DNA of 64,000 bases from the NCBI RefSeq assembly GCF_020745735.1, contig NC_083407.1:89333857-89397856 (forward strand), written 5' to 3'. The notes under the pieces are model-generated. The model ran no database searches and was not told the origin of the DNA. It saw nothing but the letters and a program-made list of their open reading frames with translations. Shown piece after piece: positions 48,253 through 58,473 of this stretch. The first letter of the stretch is position 1, and each line of letters opens with the position of its first letter. The position numbers were made by a program, and so were the translations under genes. This DNA is from Hemiscyllium ocellatum (Eukaryota).

Positions 48253-50760
48253 ATGGGAAGGGTAAGGTTCATGCTTTCGGTTCACAGAATCAGGACAGCA
48301 CTGAAAGAGATCATTCGCACATAGTATTGTACATTTTTACACAACGCAGAAGTACCTCACCTTGTTACATTATTAATCTGTAATTGAACTGTTTCCCCAC
48401 AGATCATTTTTTACGAGGACAGGAACTTCCAGGGGCGGCACTATGAGTGCAGCAGTGACTGTGCCGACCTGTCCCCTTACTTCAGCCGCTGTAACTCCAT
48501 CCGTGTTGAGAGTGACTGGTGGGTGCTGTATGAGAAACCCAATTACATGGGATACCAGTATGTTCTGACCAGGGGAGAGTATCCTGACTACCAGCTGGAT
48601 GGGATTCAATGAATGTGTCAGGTCATGTCGCTCCTACCCACAGGCAAGTGACAAAGTTGATCCAATTGTTTATTGCTAATGGGAATTGTTTATTTTTGCA
48701 GGAGGGTTTCCATCCTTTTAACAATGTTCCAATGCTAAATTGGTGTTAATTTGATATAAACACTCATGCAATCCCAACTGAAGGTATCCAGTTCAGGACA
48801 ACGTACATGAGAAAGATGTGAAGGCTTCGAAAGGCAGAGAAGGGATTCACTCAGGTGGTCCCGGAGTTGAAGGATTACAATTACATGGAGAAACTGGAGA
48901 AACTCCGGAATTCCTCTTTGGAGCAGGAAACAGTGGATGAGATTTCATGGAACTCTTTAACGTCAAGAAGGGCATACAAAGTAAATAAAAGAGAAACTAT
49001 TTCCATTGCCTGGAAGGTCAACACTGGGTGGATTTGGGGATTAAAATGCTACTGGATTGAGAAAGGTAAGGAATGGACATAAATCCATCTGGAGTGAAGA
49101 ATCACTTTGGACTGGCTCTGAAAGAACACAATGTCCATGTAGGAGACCGTGGGAAGTATAATCGTAGGAAAGGACATGCAGTTGTGGTTAAAAGCTAATG
49201 GGGGAAGGTTCTCTTCTGTATTAAAATGATAAGACACTGACAACGTGATCTTTATTGAGTATTGCTTGTCATAATGAAAATCTTAATGTGAAAGTGGTGT
49301 CATCCTTTCAGCTGATCACCGAATGTTTTTTTAAGAAAATGTGATTGGTGTCTGTGAAGCTATTGAACTCCAAACCTATCTTTCATGGTCAGAGATTTTC
49401 CTGAAGTTTTGGCTACGGCTCAAGGGAAGTGAGTCTGCCAGCCTCACTCTCAATCCTTAAAAATTTAATGTTTTCAATTTAATCATAAGGTTTCATTCAG
49501 ATTCCTGTGTGGCAGACCATAGAGACTGGCTGTCTTTAGCTTCATTTTCTCTCTCTGTCTATCTCCCTTAGATACTGGCAGATTGACTTATCTCTGAGTA
49601 TGAGTAATATCTTTCAGAAAACTAGTATCCTGATCTTTCACAATCATTTCTTCCAGATGTTTCCCTTCTCAATTCCCATGGCAGTGCTGTCCCATAAGTG
49701 AATTGACCATGATAAGTTGCCCACAGCATTCAGGGATGTGTAGGTTAGGTGCATTCATCAGGGGTAAATGTCGAGTAATAGGGTAGGGGAATGGGTTCAA
49801 GTTGGTGACTCTTCAGAGGGTCAGTGTGGACCTGTTGGGCTGAAGGGCCTGCTTCCACACAGCAGGGATTCTCTGAAATTCATAGATCTTCAATCCAGGC
49901 AGAAATACTAATAAACTCTCCTTATGGCCACAGACTCTCTTCTATCGTAAAACTAAATAGATATTACAATTACAACATTTATAAAATTATAAGATTTACA
50001 AATCATTTAACAGCTGCCCGAATGATTTTGGCCATTAACTGGCCATGTACATCAGCAGAGAAATGTTTCTGCCATTGTCTCCAAGAATGAACAATTACCT
50101 TTATAACTTCACACCAGTAATGGCCGGGGGACCCTGTTAATGCTGAACAATCAAGAAGCTCAGGTTTATTACCAGAATTGAAAGCATAACCTCACTTCAT
50201 TCCTCAATATACCATAAAATAATCCAACCCTGAAACATAGCAATCTTTAGTGTTTTTTTTATTTTTACCAAGTCTCTTAGATTTAGAAAGTCTGATAGAT
50301 ACAGATTCCGCTGTTGACTTCAAAGAGAAATGGGTTAACTCTCTGAAAGTGTAAACATTGTGTGTGTAGAGGTAACCTGAAGGACTGGGTTTTGCTGGAT
50401 TGTATTTCAAAAGACCTGGTTCAATTGCAGTGGGATGAATGGCTTCTTAACCTGCAGTAGTGATTCCCCTCCTATATATTTCAGTACCGTGGAGGCTCCT
50501 ACAGAATGAGGGTTTATGAGAGGCCAGACTTTGGAGGACAGATGATGGAATTCATGGATGACTGTCCATCTGTCTACGATCGTTTCCGTTACCGTGACAT
50601 CCACTCCTGCCATGTGATGGATGGTTACTGGATATTCTATGAACATCCCAACTACAGAGGGCGACAGTACTTCATGAGACCCGGTGAATACAGGAGATAC
50701 AGTGACTGGGGAGGCTACAGTTCAACTATCGGGTCTTTCAGGCGCATGAGGGATTTCTAG
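48253..50760 (+). pseudogene. cryg: Gamma-crystallin copy F, frameshifted; exons 48253-48261, 48403-48643, 50485-50760
   Basis: Exon 2 is 241 nt: taccagctggatg vs taccagcgctggatg (2-bp deletion), giving YQLDGIQ* with TGA at 48610-48612. Exon 3 intact; intron-2 donor GC; AATAAA at 50810-50815. Confidence 0.88.
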
Positions 50761-51705
50761 ATTGTTGCTGAAAAGATTCATATTGCTTTGCTGACATATT
50801 ATTGAGCAGAATAAAAAATTTTCCCTGCATTATCGTCTTTTTATTTTTATTTATTCTCAGAATGACATAAGACAATAACTACATTTGGGTGATAACACTA
50901 AAAGGTAATATTTTATGCTCTAATGTGGTTTGAAGGATGTTTTACTGAGTAATTGCCTACTTAAATCCAATACTTCTCATCACATTCAGAAAGAGCCATG
51001 TCTATAACATTATATTCACTTTGGAAACAGTACTTTTTATAGGAGCATGGAACATAGCAGCGTCAATTGGCCATTCAACCCCTTGAGGTGGTTCTGACAA
51101 ACGAGATCATGGTTTATCACCATCTGGATGCTACATTCTCCCATATCCCTTGGTGTTATTACTAATGAGACATCTGTCAGTTTCTGTCTTGAACTTACTT
51201 AAAGACTCAGCCTCCATAGCCCTCTGGGGCAGAGAATTCCAAACATTCACCATTCTTGCAAGGAAAATATTTTGCACATCTCAGTCCATTTTATTCCAAG
51301 GTTCTGGCCCTTGGTTCTCGACAGCACAGCCAGAAAAAAATATAATTTCTGCATCTCCCCGACTATCTCTTTAAGAATTTGTAATTTTCAATGAGAATAC
51401 CTTTCTTTGCTCCTTTACTCAGATTGGTTTGTAATATAAACTAAAATGCCTCAGGCCTTCTGATTAGCTTAAAGCTCGCAAGCAACCATGGGTCCAAAGT
51501 TGATCAATCAATACTAAGCCACAGCCAGAGAAATTGTGCCTGTCAGAACATTGGCCAAACTAAACTGAACAGCAGCTATCGTCTACATAGAGCAGTTGAA
51601 ACCCAAGCCAAAGTGGTTACAGTGGTTCAGGGGAACCTGTTACAAATAGTCCAAGGGGTGTATATTGGAGAAATACTGAGTGGACCTTCTGACACTTAAA
51701 TTACA

Positions 51706-52041
51706 ACCCTAGATTCTCTGCAGTGTGGTCTATCAAGCCCACATTGACCCTCCGGATTGCATCCTACTCACACAGAACCCCTATCCTATCCCTGTAACCC
51801 TGTATTTCCCATGGCTAATCCACCCAGTTTGCTCATCGCTGAAGAATATGGGCTTTAACATGGCCAATCCACATAACTTGTATGTCTTTTGGACTGTCAG
51901 AGGAAACAGGAACAGCCAGAGGCAACCCACATGGATACAGGGAGAATGTGCAATTTCCACATAGCTAGTCACCCGAAGATGGAATCGAAAACAGGTCCTG
52001 GGTGCTGTGAGGCAACAGTGCTAACCACTGAGTCACCGCAC
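51706..52041 (-). mobile_element. HE1-type SINE, decayed
   Basis: tRNA-like head at about 51975-52041; V-domain. Confidence 0.75.
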
Positions 52042-52789
52042 GCCTGCACTGACTCTCAGCCAGTACTCGATGATGTGCACTTCCCAACTCGTTAACATGG
52101 CAATAGCACAACCCCACTGAATACTTTCAACCCTACACATGATCGCTTTGGCCAAAGGTGATAGAACAATAGACAATAGATAAGTTCTGGAAGGTCCAGA
52201 ATGAGAGGAGTCAAAGCACACACACCTTAAAGCCACCGTCTCAGTAAAGACATGCAGCAAGATGCAAGGCAGAAGACTGTATGGGAACCCATGTAGACCC
52301 AGGAGAAGACCCTCCTTGACCTGTGAGATCCTCTTCATGGAAAAGAGGCAGCCCCACATCAGACAGGAACAAGATTCCTACAGCCCAGTTCAAACATGTG
52401 GGTTGTTGTGGGTAAAACTCTTTTTCAGTTGGATAAAAAAGCATAGCATTAACATTGTAGAAACTTTACATTTAAATATTTACATAAATAATTCAACAGG
52501 GAATATTTTATTAAGAAAATAAAATTGAATCACAAAGCAAATTCTGTCTCACTCACCAGTAAGAATGTTTAGTTGAAGTGTTTTTCACACAGCACATGAA
52601 CTGGTGAAAATGTCCAAAGTGTGGGCATACTAATGAACAAGGACACCAAAATCTCTTTGCACATCAATACTTTCCAAACTCACTCAACATTTAAGAAGCA
52701 TTTTGTACTTTTGTTCCTCTGAACAAAATGGATAATCTCATGCTTAAACACAAAATAACACGTATGTCAGGCATTGCCCACTCAGTCTA

Positions 52790-53057
52790 TTAGATTAGAT
52801 TAGATTAGATTAGATTACTTACAGTGTGGAAACAGGCCCTACGGCCCAACAAGTCCACACCGATCCGCCGAAGCGCAACCCACCCATACCCCTACATATA
52901 CCCCTTACCTAACACTACGGGCAATTTAGCATGGCCAATTCACCTGACCCGCACATCTTTGGACTGTGGGAGGAAACCGGAGCACCCGGAGGAAACCCAC
53001 GCAGACACAGGGAGAACGTGCAAACTCCACACAGTCAGTCGCCTGAGTCGGGAATTT
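52790..53057 (-). mobile_element. Young HE1-type SINE, 5'-truncated, (tctaa)n tail
   Basis: Near identical to the 59222-59581 copy. Confidence 0.88.
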
Positions 53058-54511
53058 TTTATGCTCTGAATCTTCTTTGCATCCTCCTCACAGCTCCCGT
53101 TCCCACTAAGACTCACACCATCTACAAACTTGGAAACATTACAGTTGGCAGCAGGCACTGTTGATGATTGATGATCACCATTGCATTTCTTTTGCCATTT
53201 CTTGCAGCATTCCCGTGTAAAGGTAATTGAGTCCCGGGGATTTGTCAAATCTCATTTGCATCAAATTCACTAATTCTACTTTTTTACTGAAATTAGTTTC
53301 TTTCCATTCTGCACACTACCCATGCTTTTGGATCTTTATCTCTGTGAGGACAAACACAAAAGGCAGGATTTCATAGTGAACTGAGTGACATGGGCAACAA
53401 CAATGTTTGTGGCAGAATCTAAGGAGAAAGTCCAGCAAGGCCCACCTCAACATTGGGAGCATCTTTTATGCTTTTCCCACGTGGCGTGGTAGCTTCCCCT
53501 AGGCAGCGGCAAGTTGCCAGCAGACAGCGAGTATTGATTGTTAAACATCTCATTGACAACCCAACTTGCCTGAGGAATACTCAGCTTTCAGTCTCAACAA
53601 ACCCTGTCAAACAAGCTAGCTGTCAAAAAAACTTGAGATGGAAACCAGACTGAGCACCTGGTGGGAAGCAAGTTGCCACTTGTTCCAAATGACCTTCTTG
53701 TTGGGCATTGGGCACCAACATATTAGGGCACACTCCCTGAGCACCAGCCATACACACAACTTCCATCCACAGACACTGGCATTTGATATGTGCCAGCCTC
53801 TATAAATCCTCATGGCACATCTTCAATCCAGGTTCCACTTACCTGATGCTTCTGAACTTCAAAGTTACACCTCAGGCTGCAGCAGGAACTCCATGTGTAA
53901 TGCTACTGCAAGGACAATTGGTGTTCATGGACACAAACCCAGCTCACGAATTGGACCAGACTGCCTCTCTGGCTTGCTCACCTGTTCTCTTAGCGTATGC
54001 TCACTCTGAGTCTACCTGGTTGCTTACAGCTGCCCTGCCTTACATTCCATTGCCTTGCGTTTTGCACTTTTACCCTTCAGCCAGTGATACAAGGTTCATA
54101 TTACTTCCATCTCACCTTGCTGTTTAGCACAGACATATGTGAAGGAAGGAAAAAGCAGTTGTGCTTCGTGGAGTAGCTTCTCAGCCTCTCGGACTTGATG
54201 ACAAATGTTCCCTCTGATATTTTTCTCAAACGGAATTCGGAGAATAGCATGCAAAATCGCATTACGTCTCAGAGAGAGCAATCCTTCATGAAAGTCACCA
54301 AACTAGACACATAGCCAATTTTTCAGTAATATTCAGCCCCGTGGGTAAATAATGGGCAGATGTAAGTCAGAGTCTGCCTTCCATCCCATTGTTTACTGAT
54401 TTGAAGCCTTAATACTCATCTATAATCTTGGTAAATTCGATGTAACTACCATCCAAATTGGTATGATCCACCTGTACTACACGAGAAACAAAAGTTTCAC
54501 CATATCTAGGT

Positions 54512-56800
54512 ACAGAAGAACTAAAGAAATAGGAGTAGGAGCTGCCCATCTGGCTCTTTGAGCCTGCTCCCCCATTCAATAAGATCATGGCTGATCTTCT
54601 CATGGCCCTCAGATACACTTACCTGTATTTTCACCTTATCCCTTAATTCCTTTGTTGTTCAAAAACAAATTTATCTTAGCTTTCAAAACATTTACTGAAG
54701 TAGCATCAACTACTTCCCTGGGCAGGGAATTCCATAGATCCACAACGCTCTGGGTGAAGAAGTTCCTTCTCAGTTCAGTCCTAAATCTGTTCCCCCTAAT
54801 TTTGAGGCTATGATCTCTTGTCCTAGTTTCACCTGCCAGTGAAACATCCTGTCTACTTCTATCTTATCCATTGCCTTCGTAATTGTATATGTTTCTATAA
54901 GATCCACCCTCATTCTTCCATATTCCAATGAATATAACTCCAGTCTACTCAGTCTCTCCTCAAAACCAACCCCCTCAACTCCAGAATCAACCTAGTGAAC
55001 CTCCTCTGCACCCTCTCTAGTGCCAGTACATCTTTTCTCAAGAAACGAGACCAAAACCGTACACAGTACTCCAGGTGTGGCCTCAACAGCACCCTTTCAG
55101 CTGTAACATAACCTCCCTGCATTTAAGTTCAATCCATTTAGCAATGAAGGACAAAATTCCAATTGCCTTCCTGCTTGTTGTACCTACAGACTAACCCTCT
55201 GTGATTCCTGCACAAGGACACCCAGGTCTGTCTGCATAGCAACACGCTGCAACTTTTTATCATTCAGCGATGTGCAGACTGGGTGGATTAACCATGGGAA
55301 ATACTGGGTTACAGGGATAGGATAGGGGTTCAGTGTGAGTAGGATGTAATCCGAAGGGTCAATGTGGGCTTGATAGGCCAAACTGCAGAGAGTCTAGGAT
55401 TGTAATTTACTTTGCTTTATAGTACTTTCTGTGGCTTTCGCTTGACCTTTAAAGTTTTCCCAATCTTCCAGTATCCCATTGATCTTGGCCACTTTACATG
55501 CCTTCTCTTTCACTTTGGTAGCCTCCCTTATTTCCTTAGAAACCCATGGCAGATTACCCCTCTTCTTACAGTCCTTCCTTCTCACTGGTATATACTTCTG
55601 CTGAGCACTTTGAAAAATTGCTTCAAAAGTCCTCCACTGCTTGTCAACTATCCCACTATAAAGTCTTTGTTTCCAGTCTACTTTAGCTAAGTCCTCCCTC
55701 ATTCTATCATAGTCCCTCTTATTCAAGCGCCGGACCCTACTATTGGATTTTATCTTCACATTGTCCACTTGTATTCTAAATGTAACCATACTGTGATCAC
55801 TCCTTCCAAGAGGATTCCTAACTCAGAGGTCATTAATTATTCCTGTCTCATTACACAGGACCAGATCTAGAAGAGCTTACTCCCCTGTCGGTTCCATGAC
55901 ACACTGTTCAAGAAAACTACTGCAGACACACTCAACGAACTCCTCCTCAAAGCTACCCTGACCAAGTTGTTTTGACCAATCGACATGTAGATTAAAATTC
56001 CTATGATAATTGCCATAACATTTTTACATGCAGTCGTTATTTCTTTGTTTATTGCCCACCCCAATGTAATGTTATTATGTAGTTGCCTATAGGCTACATC
56101 TATCAGTGACTTCTTTTTTTGATTAGATTAGATTACTTACAGTGTGGAAACAGGCCCTTTGGCCCTATAGTCCATGCCGACCCGCCGAAGCGCAACCCAC
56201 CCATACCCCTACACTTACCCCTTACCTAACACTATGGACAATTTTAGCATGGCCAATTCACCTGACTCACACATCTTTGGACTGTGGGAGGAAACCGGAG
56301 CACCAGGAGGAAACCCACGCAGACACAGGGAGAACGTGCAAACTCCACACAGTCAGTCGCCTGAGACGGGAATTGAACCCGGGTCTCTGGCGCTGTGAGG
56401 CAGCAGTGCTAACCACTGTGCCACCGTGCCACCCACGGAATTCTTCATAGAATTCCTAATTTCCACCCAAATAGATTCAACCTATTCTCTATAGAACCTA
56501 AATCATCTCTCGGCACTGCCCTGATGTCATCCTTGAATATCAGAGCTACGGCCCCTCCCTTATCGTCCTGTCTTTCCTTCTGAATAGTCTGGTATCCCTG
56601 ACTAGTTGTGACCATCCTGTAACCAAGTCTCCGTAATGGCTACCAAATCATATTCATTCACGACAATTTGTGCCATTAACTCATCGAACTTGTTGCAAAT
56701 ATACGAGCTTTCAGGTACAGTGCCCTTACGTTAGGTTTCATACCCTCATGCTTTCCATGATCTGTAATAATATCTCCTGAGTTATCCTTCCTGAGGTACA
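54512..56800 (-). mobile_element. CR1 with large internal deletion (APE region joined to 3' end), carrying SINE inserts
   Basis: APE-linker ORF 55394-55789 and CR1 3' end at 54512-55262; absent from the paralogous unit (near 46075). Confidence 0.8.
56121..56434 (-). mobile_element. Young full-length HE1-type SINE
   Basis: gggtggcacggtggcacagtggttagcactgct head, V-domain, (tctaa)n tail. Confidence 0.9.
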
Positions 56801-56871
56801 TGTGACAATAATAACAAAATCAAAAAGAAATCTTCCAATATCTGCATAAAACTCCACTCCTTTTCTTGATA

Positions 56872-57236
56872 AATGTTATGGGGCCTCAGTAGTTTGCACT
56901 GCCACTTCACATCACCAGGGACAGGGACTCAATCGCAGCCTTGGATGACTATCTGTGTGGATTTTCCACATTTTTCTTCGGTGTCTTTGAGGGATTCCTC
57001 CGGGCGTGCCAGTTTTCTCCCACAGTTTAAAAATGTGCCGGTCAGGTATATTGGCCATGCTAAATTGACCCATAGCATCCAGGGATGTACAGGCTATGTG
57101 GATTAACCATGGGAAATGCAAGGTTACAGGGATAGGGTAGAGGGTGTAGGTCTTGGAGGGATGCATTTCAAAAGTTGGTGTAGACCCGATGGGCTGAATG
57201 GCCTCCTTCTACGCTGTAGTGAATCTATGATTCTAT
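56872..57236 (+). mobile_element. HE1-type SINE, decayed
   Basis: V-domain and ctatgattctatg tail. Confidence 0.7.
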
Positions 57237-58473
57237 GTAGTTCATGACTTTGGATTGATGCATGTTGTGAGAAAAGGTATTCTATTTCAACTCAAACTTT
57301 GGTCAAAATTGAGTTTTGCAATTGTTCTTTGTTCAGACTAATGGTTACTACTCTTTCTCAATTGTGCAATTTGTTATTCTAAAGTGTATAATGTCCCCAG
57401 TTGTCTATTTTTGCAGAGTTCCATAGCCACACTGGTAGGGTGAGGCTTGGTTTGTTCAATAGATCACCTCTGCCCCTGCACAGTTTCCAAAGATTAATGT
57501 AATTTGAATATTGCCACTGGGTTCTTGAAATAACCGCCTGTTTCTCTGAACTCACTCATGGAAGGATGGAAATGGTTTTGATAAGGCTTAGTTTCTGGGT
57601 CTGGTCAAAAGTTTTTTAAAAAACTTTCCCTGTTCTTAACTTTTTTTTTAACTTCAGTATTTACTTTTCCTTGTGGTGTGGGCATCACAGGCGACGACCA
57701 CAATATTTGTTGCTCATGCCTGATGTGTTTGAGAATGTGCTGGTGAGTCAGATCCTGTAATTGTTGCAGTCCAGTGTGCTGTTAGAACGTTACAAGCCAG
57801 CCTTCCATTCAAGGTGTTGAGGTATCCTATGACTCCCACCAATTTCAACTCCAAATGACTCCAAAATAAATCTGAATGATTCAGATTCAGATTGATGTGG
57901 GCCACAATGAAACACAACTTCACACAGCAGTGGGAAAGCATTGAAAAGCTTTGCAGAAAAATAAACCATTATTATAACCATCACACTGATGTGCGTAGAT
58001 ATGTTTATGCTCAGAACAATTTGAAGCGATTTCCATGTGTATTCACCAATACTTTTGAAAATCACAAAAGAATAAAACTAAAACTTTTAAAAGCTAAACC
58101 AGAAACTCAAATCGAATGCTTTAGTTTTCTTCTCACATCTGAAAAGGAGAACATTCTGCATTATCATTGCTTGTGATACCATTACCTCAAAGAAGCATCA
58201 GGAATGCCTCTTTGCTCAAATTAATTGCAAACAGGATTATTAAAATGAGGTAAAAACAAAGCGAAAAGATCTGATCATGTGATTTTTCAAGCACATATAC
58301 AGAAGTGAATTTTACCCAGAATGGGACAACATGGTTGTATTTTATTTTTGCTGATATATCGAGTCCTGAGTGATCAGAATAGCGATGTATCCTTTACATT
58401 CAGACCAGAATATAAACAAATACCAGGAAACAGAGGCACATTCACTGAGTAGCTGTCCAACTGTGAACCTAAA

